Of a stretch of 64,000 bases of DNA, positions 49,215-62,449 are shown in pieces. Positions within the stretch are counted from its first letter, which is position 1, and each line of letters begins with the position of its first letter. Source of the DNA: Mobula hypostoma (taxonomy: Eukaryota). The position numbers and the translations under genes are program-made. The stretch spans positions 81,036,001-81,100,000 of the forward strand of contig NC_086108.1 in NCBI RefSeq assembly GCF_963921235.1, read 5' to 3'. Below the pieces are notes generated by a model. That model saw nothing but the letters and a program-made list of their open reading frames with translations. It was not told the DNA's origin and searched no databases.

Positions 49215-51705
49215 AGAAGGAAAAGGCATGTAATAAGGGTAATGACACAATTGTAATGGGGACTTCAATAAACAAGGGGATTGGGAAAATCAGGTTGGTG
49301 TCGGATCACAGGAGAGGGAATTTGTTGAATGCCTATGAGATGGCTTTTCAGAGCAGCTTGTGCTTGAGCCTACTCGGGGAAAGGCTATCTTAGATTGGGT
49401 GTTGTGTAATAACCAAGATCTTATTAGGGAGCTTGAGGTAAAGGAACCCTTAGGAGACAGATATCATAATAAGATTGAATTCATACTGCAGTTTGAAAGG
49501 GAGTAGCATAAGTCACATGTATCAGTATCACAATGGAATAAAAGGGAATTGTAGAGGCACGAGAGAGGAGCTTGCCCAGGTGGATTGGAGAAGGATACTG
49601 GCAGGGATGATAGCAGACCAGAGATGGAAGTTTCAGTGAATAGTTCACAAGTTTCAGGATAGATATGTCCCACTGAAGAAGTTCTCAAATGGCAGGGGTA
49701 GGCATCCATGGCGAACAAGGGAAGTTAAGGACTGCCAAGGAAAGGGCATATAAGGTAGCAAAAGCGAATGGGAAGTTGGATGATTGGGAAGCTTTTAAAA
49801 GGCAACTAAAAAGCTCTAAGAAGGGAAAAAGATAAAACATGAGGGCAAACTAGCCAATAATGTAAAGCAGAATAGTAAAAGATTTTTCATTTATATAAAG
49901 AGTAAAAAGGAGGTGAGAGTTGATATTGGACCACTGGAAAATGATGCTGGTGAGGTAGTAATGGGGGACAAAGAAATGGAAGATGAACTTAATGGATACG
50001 TTGCATCATTCTTCACTGTGGAAGACATTAGCAGTGTGCCAGAGGTCCGTGAGTGTCAGGGAGCAGGAGTTAGTGCCATTGTTATTACAAAGGAAAAAGT
50101 GCTAGGAAAGCTCAAGGTCTTAAGGTGGATAGGTCACCTGGACCAGATGGACTATCTCCCAAAGTCCTGAAAGAGGTTGCTGATGCATTGGTCAAGATCT
50201 TTTAAGAATCACTTGATTCTGGCATTCTCCTGGAGGACTGGGAGGTTGCAAATGTCACTCCACTCTTTAAGAAAGGAGGAAGGCAAAAGGAAGGAAATGA
50301 TAGGCCATTTAAACCTAACCCCAATGGTTGGGAAATTATTCAAGTCTATTGTTAAGTATGAGATTTAGTAGTATTTGGAGACTAATGATAAAATAAGTCA
50401 CAGTCAACATGGCTTCTGTGAATGGAAATCTTGCCTGACAAATCTGTTAAATTCTTCAAGGAAGTAACAAGCAGGGTGGACAAAGAAGAGGCAATGGATG
50501 TAATATACTTGGATTTTCAGAAGGCATTTGATAAGGTGCCATACATGAGGCTGCTTATCTATATAAAATACTATGGTGTTACAGAAAAGATACTGACGTG
50601 GATAGCGAAATGGCTGACAGGCAGGAGGCAGTGAGTGAGAATAAAAGAGGCCTTTTCTGGTTGGCTGCCAGTGACTAGTGGTGTTCTACAGGGGTCAGTA
50701 TTGGGACCGCTACTTTTCACATTGTTTGTCAATGATTTAGATAATGGGATTGATGGCTTTGTGGCAAAGTTTGCTGATGATATGGAGATAGGTGGAGGGG
50801 TAGGTGGTGTTGATGAAGCAATGCGATTACAGCAGGACTTAGACAAAATGGAAGAACAGGTGAAGAAGTGGCAGATGGAATACAATATTGGGAAATGTAT
50901 GATAATGCAATTTGGTAAAAGGAACAATAGTGTGGACTATTATCTAAATGGTAAGAAAATTTAGACATCAGATGTGCAAAGGGACTTAGGAGTCCCAGGA
51001 GGACTCCTAAGCAAGACTCCCAGAAGGTTAATTTACTGGTTGAGTCTGTGGTAAAGAAGGCAAATGCAATGTTGGCATTTATTTCAAGGGAAGTAGAATA
51101 TAGAAGGAAGGAGATATTGCTGACCCTTTGTAAGACACTAGTCAGGTCACACTTGGAGTATTGTCAACAGTTTTGGGCCCCATATCTCACAAAGGATGTG
51201 TTGTCATTGGAGAGAGTCCAGAGGAGGTTCATGAGGATGATTCCAGGAATGAAGGGGTTAAAATTTGAGGGGTGTTAGCTTTGGGCCTGTAATCACTGGA
51301 ATTTAGAGGAAAGCATGGAGATCTCATTGAAACCTACTGAATGTTGAAAGGACTAGATAAGGTGGATGTGGAGAGAATGTTTCCTATGAAGAGTGTATCC
51401 AAAACTTGAGGGCATAGCCTCAAAATTGAGGGGTGACCTTTTAAACACTAGTGAAGAGGAATATTTTTAGCTGGAGAGTAGTGAGTTTGTGAAATGCTGT
51501 GCCACAGATTGTGGTGGAGGCCAAGTCCATGGCTATATTTACGGTTGATAGTTTCCTGGTTGGTCAAGGCATCAAAGGATATGGTGAGAAAGTAGGTGTG
51601 TGGGGTTGAGTGGGATCCAGAATTAGCCATGATGGAATGGCAGAGCAGACTCGATGGGCTGAATGGCCTAATTCTGCTCCTATGCCTTATGCTCTTATTG
51701 TCTTA
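49215..51705 (+). mobile_element. CR1 LINE ORF2 (EN 3' part, RT) and tail, degenerate
   Basis: ORFs 49913..50170, 50422..50634 (DVIYLDFQKAFDKVP), 50635..50964 (SGVLQGSVLGPLLF..KFADD), 51048..51278. Confidence 0.9.
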
Positions 51706-51954
51706 TGGCAGTCACGTTGCACGGAGCAATACCCATAAACAGCAGTGTGGTAATGGTGTGTTATCAATTTCAGGTACAGAACAGTAATGGGAAGTATTTT
51801 AAAATCTGTGTGATCCACTTATAATAGAGAAGAGTATTCTATATACAGACCATCCCTGGGTAATGAACAAGCTCCTTTTTACAGATGTACATGAGTCACA
51901 AAATACACAGGCATCACTCAATATGATAACCATACATCAATATTTTCCTGTGCA

Positions 51955-52992
51955 ATAGGATGTTTGATTTCCTCACTCGCACATCCCTCAGTGTAGATTG
52001 GGAATAACATCTGCTCCACAATCACCATCATCCCAGGTGCACCACAAGACTGTGTGCTTAGCCCCCTGCCTTCCTCATTCTTTTACCAATGATTGTGAGG
52101 CTACGTGCAGCTCCATATTTAAGTCTGCTGATGACTCCACTGTTGTTGGCTGAATTGGCATATGGGAAAGAGATTGAAAATCTAGTCGAATGGTGCTACA
52201 ACTCAGACTCTCACTCAAAATCGGCAAAATCAGACAGCTGATTATTGACAATAGGAAGAAGAAGCTAAGGGTCCATGTACCAGTCTTCATTAGTGGATCG
52301 GAGGAGGAGAGGGTCAGTTACTTTAAATTTCTTGGTGTTTATCATATCAGAGGATCTATCCTGAGACCAGCATGTAAGTGCCAGCACAAAGAAGGCAGGA
52401 TAGCACCACTACCTTCTCAGAAGTTTGCACACATTTGGCATGTCACCAAAAACTTAGACAAACTTCTGTAGATGTGCAGTGGAGTGTATCCTCCCTGGTT
52501 TCATCACGGCCTGGTATGGAAACACCTATGCCCAGGAATGGAAAAGGCTAAAGAATATGGTGGATACAGCCCTGTCTATCACAGGTAAAGCCTTTCCAAC
52601 CACTGAACACACTTGCATGGAGAACTGTCGCCAGAAACCCCATCATCATGAACACCCACCATTCAGGCCACGCTCTCTTCATGCTGCTACCATCGGGCAG
52701 GATGTACAGGAGCCTTAGGCCCTTCACCGCCAGGTTCAGGAACAATTATTATCTTACAACCATCAGGCTCCTGCTAGCTTCACTCACCTCAACTCTGAAC
52801 TGACTCTACAGCCTACAGACTCAACTTCAAGGACTCTACAACTCATGTTCTCAGTGTTATTTTTTTAATTCACAGGATTTGTCTTCTTTTGCACATTGGT
52901 TGTTTGTAAATTTTTTATTTCTTTATGTTCTGTAAATGCCTGCAAGAAAATGAATCTCAAGGTAGTATAGGGTAAATTTTACTTTAACTTTG
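51955..52992 (+). mobile_element. Rex1/Babar LINE 3' half
   Basis: GAPQDCVLSP, KSADDSTVVG, ORFs 52190..52471 and 52479..52718 (ITAWYGN); 3' UTR and tail. Confidence 0.85.
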
Positions 52993-53152
52993 ATACCTGC
53001 ACAGGGTTGTAATGAAGGGTGTCAGACTGATAAGAAAAAGTGATCTCTAAAAGTGCAGGGAGAAGAAATTAAATCTGCCACTTATAAGGATGAAGATCTG
53101 TATATACACTGGAGTTTTGAATTTAATAATATTAATTGACCTTGTTCATATA

Positions 53153-53694
53153 CACTCTGTGGCCACCTCATTTGTTCCATCTCTGCACCTGCTCATTAAT
53201 GCAAAACTCTAATCAGCCAATCATGTGTCAGCAACTCAATGCATGCAGACATAGTCAAGAGATTCAGTTGTTGTTCAGAACAAATATCATATGGGGTTAA
53301 AATATGATCTAAGTGACTTGACTGATTGTTGATGCCAGGTGGTTTGGCTTAAGTATCTCAGAAGCTGCTAATCCGGGATTTTCATGCATAACAGCTTCTG
53401 GAGTTTACAGTGACTGGAAACAAGAAGCATCCAGTGAGCAGTAGCTCTGTGGATGAAAATGCCTGGTTAATGAGGGAAGTCAGGGGTGAATGGCCAAACT
53501 GTTTCAAGCTGGCAGTAAGGCAACAGTAACTCAAATAACCACGTGTTACAACAGTGGCATGCAGAAGAGCATCTCTGAACCCATAACAAGTCAAACCTTG
53601 AAGCTGATGGGCTAGAGTAATAGAAGACCAAAACATACACTCGCTGACCACTTTACTGGTTACAGGAGATTGCTAATAAAGTGGCCATTGATTG
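53153..53694 (+). mobile_element. Tc1-like MITE
   Basis: TA then cactctgtggccac.. at left; taataaagtggccattgattg at right; homologous to the reverse complement of 57906-58446. Confidence 0.75.
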
Positions 53695-55055
53695 TCTATT
53701 GGTGTCCATATGTCAGGCATTCATAACTTGATGGCTTGCATACAAAACTTTCTAAAGACTTCATCAGAGCCCAATCATTTACTCTGTGCAAATATTGCAA
53801 ATTACATTTGTAACTAAAGTGGAATAGCAAAGCTGCGGACTTGAAGGCGATTTCATTTTTTCATGTTTAACTTTTGCTTGAAGGCGAGCAAGTTTTTGTG
53901 TACCGCATCATCTTGTATATTTTATGTAAGTGTCAAAGGTGCAGAAATACAATGAATCCAATTAGGCACTAAAATTTTCTTCCATTCTTAACTGCATTTT
54001 TTGAATTATTTGCAATGAATCAACAATATATTAGACTGCAAGAAGGCTTACAAGTATCTTGTAGCAAATTAACAGACCTTCTGAATTGGGTTTTCTCTTG
54101 ATAGAAAAAATAGAACATTTTTCATATGTTGGATACTATTAGAGAATTATACTTTATGCCATTCTTCATCTCTTTCTCAAATTTTAATATCTGAATCATT
54201 TGTTGTTTTCTGAAAAGCACAATACATAAATTGCAAACACAGATTGCCATTTCCACATGATGCCAACAAAATATGAGAATTTACCTACATGCTACAGAGA
54301 GATAACTCTTTAAAATGTTGTTTAGGAATATCAGTTAAGGATAAAATCGAGTATTCTCACTCCAGCTGCTTGGAAGTTTCTGGAATGTCTGATATATTGT
54401 AATTATTGGATCTTCTCCTAAGCCAGAGAAAATAAGATTATATCAAGGTGCTATTAAAAATACTGCCAAAATAGTTAAACATCAAAGTGGCTGCAGCTGC
54501 AGAAGGTAGAAACTTCATTCCATTTTTGTGCATTGTAGCAATCTTGGCTTAGCTATTGACTTGCAAAGATTATTCCATGTGATTACTCACAATAATCCTG
54601 ATTGTTTTGGAACATCCCCTCTGAGAATCTCCTTAAAAATGTTCTCTGGTAAATCTTAGGTCCAAGATTCTTCATTTAATATAAACTAATATTTTCAAAA
54701 ATGTCCTGCAAGAGAGAGGGAGCTACGTCAAGGAATATCATGAAATTGGTATGGAAATTGATATGGCTTAAGTATGTGAATATCTGACAGTTGGACTAAG
54801 TTATGAGATGTGGGTATGATTCTTAGCTGTGCTCAGCATATTGGTTTAGTTTTATAGGCACAGGTACTAAGATACACTAAAGAGGTCATCTTGCATATTG
54901 TTTATACAGATCAAATTTTATTGCAGAGTGCATTGAGCTAGAATAAGGTAAAACTAACAATGCAGAATGATGTATAAAAGCTACTGAAAGTGCAATGCAA
55001 ATAAATGATAAAGAGCAAGATCATAACGAGTAGAGAGTTCTTGGGAACACGTAAG

Positions 55056-55430
55056 TACGAGGGGTAATTGATAAGTTCGTGGCCTAAGATAGAAGGAGTC
55101 AATTTTAGAAAACCTAGCACATTTATTTTTCAACATAGTCCCCTCCTACATTTACACACTTAGTCCAGTGGTCGTGGAGCATATGGATCCCTTCTTTGTA
55201 GAGGTTGGCGTCTTGGACCTCCAGAAAGTGGTCCACAGCATGGGTGATCGATACTTTCGTGGCCTAAGGTAGAAAGAGATGAGTTATACAGCTCTCGTCA
55301 CATGCACATGCAGTTTAACTCTTTGAGTGATTATGCAGAAAGTTTGAAGTTAATAACTCATCTCCTTCTACCTTAGATCACGAAGTTATCAATCACCCCT
55401 GCTGTGGACCACTTTCTGGAGGTCCAAGAC
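55056..55430. mobile_element. Mariner-like palindromic MITE, right end missing
   Basis: TA-CGAGGGG start; about 78-bp internal inverted arms 55210-55287 and 55353-55430. Confidence 0.7.
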
Positions 55431-55824
55431 ACCCAACAGAGCAGACAAACAACCATTAACCTGCCTATAAATGTCTTTAAGCAGAACCACGTCAGATTTT
55501 ATGGTTGAGGCACACATTTGTTTTTTCAGGTTTTGACTTTCTTTTTCTAATCTCTAAATCTCTTGCTTTTTAAGTTTGTTTTTGTAAAGTGAAAAAAAAG
55601 TTGCTTTCAACACTCCACTGCTTTACTGACAACTCACCTCGGAATTTTCTCCTATTTATAACAAATTCCATATTTCCTGCTTCAAAAGATGGAAGCAGGC
55701 CATTTGGCCCAACAGATCCGTGCTGTTGTTTATGTTCAGCTCAAATCTCCTCACATCCTTCCTCAGCGAGATTCTCCCTTCCCATTCTCCAGATTTCCCT
55801 ATATTATTCATCTCAACTATTCAC

Positions 55825-56245
55825 TATGGTGGCAAGTTTCCCATTCTCAACACCACTGAGAACATCTATAAGGAGAAATGCCGCAAGAAAGCAGCATCCA
55901 TCATCAAGGACCCCATCATCCCAGCTGTACTCTCTTCTCGCCGCTGCCATCAGCATGGATGTACAGGAGCCTTAGGGCCCACACCACCAGGTCGAGGAAC
56001 AGTTATTACCCTTCATCTATCATGCTCCTGAACCAGTATGGATAGCTCCACTCACCTTAACACTGGGCTGACTCCACAACCTATGGACTCACTTTTAAGG
56101 ACTCTCCAACTTAATGTTCTCAGTTCTATTTATTTATCTGCCAATCAATTTTTTTATTTATTTGTCTGTTCCCGTACTTGCATAGTTTGTCTTCTTTTGC
56201 ACATTGGTTGTTTGTCAGCCTTTGTGTGCAATTTTTCATTGAATA
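55825..56245 (+). mobile_element. Rex1/Babar 3' fragment
   Basis: ENIYKEKCRKKAASIIKDP motif and the shared 3'UTR. Confidence 0.75.
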
Positions 56246-56825
56246 GTAAATAATTTTTGCATTTCATCTGTGGCAAGTATATCATATTTTAGCTAGGGAG
56301 ATCAGACCTCTTTGCAATATATCAGGGCCCAGAATGATTTCAGTAAGCTGCCTTTACTCCTGTGCTCAACTCCTCTTGCAACAGAAGCCAACAAACATGG
56401 CCGGCCATGAAAGGCCAACTTCTTTAATCGTATTGTACATTTATTTTACAACTATTATACACCAGAGAGATCTTGGTTGGAAGTGGTGACTCTGAAGACT
56501 GTCCAGGTTTTCACTGAAGCTGCTCTGTTAAATTTCTCTACATCACCAGAGGAGTGTCTCATTAAATAGTGGGGCATGGAACAAATTGGGTGTATTATGC
56601 TTCTGGGTGCTGGCAAGAGAGGAACTGAACATAAATCAAATTGTGATATCATTGGGCGTGTTCTTGGCACTGAGAAAATGTCAAAAACACATACATGAAT
56701 CATGCACAATGTGTCCAGACCAATTTCACCATAGGTGTGATTTCACCTGGATATATTTCCAGTGCAAAATATATCTGGTTAAATAGTATTTCACACAATT
56801 TGCTGATAAAGTACTAATTGATTTA

Positions 56826-57480
56826 TTATGATTATGATTATGATTATGAGGACACGCAGTCCCCTTTTATTGTCATTTAGTAATGCATGCATTAAGAAAT
56901 GATACAATGTTTTTCCAGAATGATTTCACGAAAACGCATGACAAACCGACTTAAAAGCTAACAAAAACCACATAATTATAACTTATAGTTACAACAGTGC
57001 AAAGCAATACTGTAATTTGATAAGAACAGACCATGGCACTGTAAAAGTCTCAGAGTCTCTCGAAAGTCCCATCATCTCACGCAGACGGTAAACCTCCAGC
57101 GCTGCCAACTTGCCGATGCAGCATCCTGGAAGCATCCGACCACAGTCTGACTCCGAGTCCATCCGAAAACTCCAAGCCTCCGACCACCTCTTCGACACTG
57201 AGCACCGAGCACCATCTCTGCCGAGAGTTTCGACCCCGGCCCCGGCAACAGGCGATACGCAAAGCCAAGGATTTGGGGCCTTCGTCTCCGGAGATTCTCA
57301 ATCGCACAGTAGCAGTAGCAGCGAAGCAGGCATTTCAGAAGTTACTCCAAATGTTCCCTCTATGCTTCTCACGGCTGTCTCCATCGAATCCGGATTGTGC
57401 ACGGCCCTCTAGTTACACATAATCGATATTCATTCGGAATGGCCACGCGCACTGCGTCGCGCCGCCATCTTCTCCTCCCT
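56826..57480 (-). mobile_element. Young CpG-rich non-autonomous retroelement with an (ATAATC)n tail
   Basis: Minus-strand 5' end gggaggagAAGATGGCGGCG (YY1-like); tandem hexamer tail 56826-56848; no ORF. Confidence 0.7.
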
Positions 57481-57905
57481 CCATGAAATTTAATTTCATG
57501 GCTGACACATGGCTAGTCCATTGCACTTTTCTTTGGCAGCAGGAACGACAGAAGGAGATGACTTTAGACTTTCAAGCCACTGGGCAGTTTGTCTGACATT
57601 ACTGCACAGGAGCAGAGCTGCAGGAAGACAACTCCCTTACAGCCACACCCTAGCTCCACACCACCCACAACACTTCTCGTCTGTGCAGCGTCCATGGAGA
57701 TGGAAACGCCTCTCATTGATTTCCTGATGAGATCCAGCATTTCTGTTTTTATTTCAGATTTCTAATATATCTGCAGTTCCTTTTGGTTTTCCATATTTCC
57801 AGTCCAACATGGAAAGGGAAAAATAAGTAAACGAAGTAAACAACTGATATCAGTGTTGGCAAATTATTGGGAAATAGTGATTTTAGTGTAGGCAGGCTTA
57901 AAATG

Positions 57906-58446
57906 CACTCAGTGGCCACTTTATTAGGTACATCCTGTAACTAATAAAGAGGCCAGTAAGTGTATGCTTGCAGATTTCTGTTGCTGTAGCACGTTCACCT
58001 CAAGGTGCAGTGTGTTGTGCATGCAGAGATCCTTTTCTGCACACCACTCTTTCAATGTGTGGTTATTTGAGTTACTGTCACCCTCTCGTCAGCTTGAACC
58101 AGTCTGGTCGGTCTCCTCTGACCTCTCTCATTCACAAGTTGTTTTCGCCCACACATCTGCTGCACACTGGATGTTTTTGGTTTCTTGTACCATTCTCTGT
58201 AAACTCTAGAGATGGTCGTGCATGACAGCAGCAATTTCTGAGATACTCAAATCACCCCGTCTGGCACGGTCATTCCACGGTCAAAGTCACTTAGATCACA
58301 TTTCTTTCCCATTCTGATATTTGGTCTGAACAACAAGTGAACGTCTTGACCATGTCTGCATGCCTTTATGCATTGAGTTGCTGACACATGATTGGCTGAT
58401 TAGATATTTGCATCAACGAGCAGGTGTACAGGTGTACCTAATAAAG
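57906..58446 (-). mobile_element. Tc1-like MITE (same family as 53153-53694)
   Basis: cactcagtggccactttattagg TIR; body is the reverse complement of the 53-kb copy. Confidence 0.75.
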
Positions 58447-59149
58447 AATGTATGTACAGATAGATATTGAAGATTTATCCTGTTGGACTAGAAGTGGGAA
58501 AGCCTCAGTTAGGTAAAGCGGAGGGGTGAGCTATAATCTGGTCAACCAGTTCATGGTTGGAAATCTTCAGATACAGGATAAATAGACCAAAAATAAACAT
58601 ACTCCTTTTGGATAAAAATTGGGTCTATCAAAGAATATGATTTGGTTGTCAAAGATTACAAGTAAGCCACAGCTAGAAAGAGGGATGTCTGTCATACTTA
58701 CTGCTGTCAAGACTAAAGGTCATCATAAAGAATACGAGTGCTGCAGGGTGGAGGGAAAAAGATAAGAAAGGCTTAAAAAAAGCAAGTGATAATTTAAAGT
58801 CAAACATGAACTTTCATAAGTGAAAGAACTGTTAAGGACTGGCTGGTGAGGGAGGATGAAAGAATGGGGAGATACTAAGTAAATAGGTTGTATTAGTATT
58901 ATACATTATTTAGAGAGTAGCAAAACAGGTATACAGAAAATTGATATATCTGCCCAGAGGGAGTCAAATTAATTATGTCTTGATTTTGGTGGCTTTGTAA
59001 GTTGTGAAGGAAAAAATAGAACATCTTAGTGCATTTTTCAGTCCCTTTTGCAGAAGAAAACTGTGCTGCCGTAATATTACTGTCCCTAAAGACAGGGAAG
59101 CAGGTAATGGTAGAAGATATTGCAACACCAGTTGTGAACAAATTTTAAG

Positions 59150-59620
59150 GCCACCCCTTTTAATTCGGCTTCCCATTTCATTCCAACATGGCCTCCTCTA
59201 CTTCCATGATGAGGCCTCTATCAGGCTGGAGGAGTAACACCACATATTCTGCCTGGGTAGCTTCCAACCATATGGCATAAACATCGATTTCTCTAACTTC
59301 TGGTAATTTCTACCTTCCTCTTCTCTTTTTTTCCATTCCCCATTTTGACTCACCTCTTACTCCTTCTCTTCTCCTCATCTACCCATCACTTCCCTCTGAC
59401 ACCCCTCCTCTCTTCCTTTCTCCGATGGTTGGGAGAGGAAGAAATAGTTGACGTTTCATGCTGAGACCATTCATTAGGATTGGAAAGGAAGGGAGAAGAA
59501 ACCAGAACCTGAAGTTGGGGGGAAATTGGGGGGATGAATGGTCTCAGCATGAAACGTCAACTATTTCTTCCTCTCCCTAGATGCTGCCTGACCTGCTGAG
59601 TTCCTCCAGCATTTTGTATG
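59150..59620 (+). mobile_element. Penelope-like element 3' end (GIY-YIG C-terminus + pLTR) with an internal inversion
   Basis: HGLLYFHDEASIRLEE*HHIFCLGSFQPYGINIDFSNF, typical PLE endonuclease end; pyrimidine-rich UTR; pLTR. Confidence 0.8.
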
Positions 59621-61019
59621 AACTTATCTCAGTCTTCTTCACAGGGTGGACTCTTGTCTGGAAGGATATTGAGACAAAAACTGCAACAGAGATTACCATG
59701 TTTCCTTTTGATGCTCTCTCTTGTTGGATGAACACCCATGAATTGATATTCACCTTGCGTAAACCCAATGTGACTTTCATCCTAAAAGCTGCATCAAATT
59801 GTGCACAAACCCTGAGGACATAGACATCATTTGTTTCTGTGTGCACATGTCCCATTTGTCTCTCTTGTTGCAAAGGTTACTCTGGGTACATTGGATCATA
59901 CTGTAGAAAACTCTCAGTGGAAAATGGGTTTTGCCCACAAGTCGGGCTGTGATCTGCGTGGTACATCCTGAGACCCAACAGGAAAATGTGACAATTAAAG
60001 ATGTTGGCTGGTTTGCCCCAGAGGTCAACCAAAATTATTTGGCATGCTTCATCACTTGTGCTTTCAAATAAAAATCTAAACATTGATTTCCAGTGGTGAG
60101 GATGGCCCTCTCTGTCCAATCCTTTATCCACTGCCAGTGTCTCAATCTCACCACACACAGCCCTCTAGGTAGCTGAGATTGTTTCAATCTTCTGCAGTTG
60201 ATTAGACATTATCTTGTTAGTGACAGTCTTTGTCTGGGAGTTGTGAAATGGATATCGCTTGGGATAACATTCAGGCTTGGCCAGAAAATAACATGTCTTG
60301 TTAGGTGTTGATAGAGCCTGTTTATCAAGAGGGTCTAGAAAGCAACACAGTGCTCAAAGTTCATTCGGAGCAGTTAAGTAATACAGGATGCTGTGTTAAG
60401 TGGGCCGTTTGCATCGACATGTAGTGAGACAACCTGATTGCTGTCTGGAAGATGACCAACTCTGAAAGAAACACTTTGGTCTGCCTGAAACTTGCTAAGC
60501 TTCCAGTGTGGGGAGCTGTTCACAACTGGATGCAACTGACTGGTGTTTTTCAAGATGTGGGAGGACACGCTGAGGGTCACACAGAAGCTTGATGCATCCA
60601 CTGCTGAAACTAGAGTCCTTCCACATCTGGACACTGAGGGGCTGAGCTCAGTTTAGCAACGTCTCAGACCAATCACTAATAACGATTAAAAAGTGCGCAC
60701 CATATTGAAAAAAATGTAAATATTGTAAACAATTGTGATAACAAGAGACTAGAAACTGGAATCTGGAGCAACCAACAATACTATGGAGAAACTCAACAGG
60801 TTGAGTGGCATCTGTCGGGGGGAAAGGAATTCTTGGCTGTTTGGGGATAAACTCTGCAAATACATATATTGCGTGCCACAGTTCCTGAGGAGATGTTGGA
60901 TTGTGTAGTGGGAGAGAGAGTTTAAAAGAAGCCAGTGGGGGATATCAGCATATTTTGTGCACCACAGTGCCTGAGGAGACATTGGATTGTATATAATTAA
61001 GCTCTTGGCAAGGACCAAC

Positions 61020-62443
61020 AAAATGGAGTCAGGTTTAAGTGGAGTGGCCATTGTGTGAGTGGGTCAGCGTAGAGTGGGGAGTTGAGGCTTTTGCTCATTG
61101 AGGTTTCAATGAGGAGAGGCGTAGTCCATAGGTTTTTTTTGTTATTTTTTCTTTCTTATTGCACAGTTAGAGCATTGGAGATGCCAGGCAGGATAGTGGA
61201 ATGCTCCTCTTGTGGGATATGGGAGCAGTGAGACCTCTAGTGTCCCTGACCATTTCACCTGCAACAAGTGCATCCAGCTACTGTTTTTAATAGACCTAGT
61301 TAGAGTTGGAGCTGGAACTGGACAAACTCCAGATCATTTGGATGAGGGGTTGATAGGCAAGGGATACAGGGAGGCAGTTACACCCAAGTTTTAGGACACA
61401 GGAAACTGGGTGACCGTCAGGAGGAGGAATGGGGATAGGCAACCAGTGCAGAAAAATCCTTTGGCCGTTCCCCTCATTAACAGGTATACTACTTTGGATA
61501 CTTTGGGGGGTGAGGGGTGGAGTCAGCTAGCAGAGCAAAGTCATAATGATCAGGTCTCTGGTACTCAGTCTGACCATGTGGCTCAGAGGGAAGGGGAGCG
61601 AAGAGTTGAGCTGTAGTGACAGAGAACTCATTGCTTAGGGGAACAGAAAGGAGGTTCTGTGAACGAGGATGAGGTTCCCATATGATATGTTGCCTGCTTT
61701 GTGCCAGGGTGAGGGACATCTCAGACCGAACCCACAGCATTGTTAAAGTGGGAGGGTGAGAAGTCAGAGGTTGTGGTCCAGTCGGTACCAAAGACATGGG
61801 AAGGAGAAGTGACAAGCTCTTGCAAAGTGAGTTCAGGAAGTTAGGTGTTAAGTTAAAGGACAGGGTTGTGATCTCAGGAACACTACCCGTGCCATGTGCC
61901 AGTGAGGCCAGAATTTGTAAGATCGTACAGTTTAACATGTGGCTAAGGAGTTGGTATAGGAGGGAGGGAGTCTACATACAAAGTCAGGAATCAAAAGACT
62001 GAGCACGGTAGGAGTAATGTTCTGAACTGCATATATACGTAGATTGGATTTTGAGTTTAGGACATGGATCAGCACGTGGAATTATGACATTGTAGCCATG
62101 AGTGAGACTTGGTTGCAGGAGGGGCAGGATTGGCAACTCAGTGTTCCAGGGTTCCGATGGTTTTGACATGATAAAGCAGGAGAGATTAAAAGGAGAAGAG
62201 TGGCGTTACTAGTCAGTGAAATTGTCATGGCAGTGCTCAGTCAGGACAGACTGGAGAGCTTGTCTAGTGAGATTTCATGGGTAGAATTGAGGAATAAGAA
62301 AGGTATGACCATGTTAATGGGATTATATTTTAGACCATCTGATAGTCTGTGGGATTCAGAGAAGCAAATTCGGAGACAGGTAGCAGACTGTTGCAAGAAA
62401 CATAAGGCTGTGATAGTAGTAATTCTAACTTTCCACATATTGA
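61020..62443 (+). mobile_element. CR1 5' part (5'UTR, ORF1, EN start)
   Basis: atgccaggcaggatagtggaatgctcctcttgt (ORF1 zinc finger start), ORF 61796..62002 esterase, ORF 62200.. WVELRNKKG; continues after 63410. Confidence 0.85.
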
Positions 62444-62449
62444 CACATC

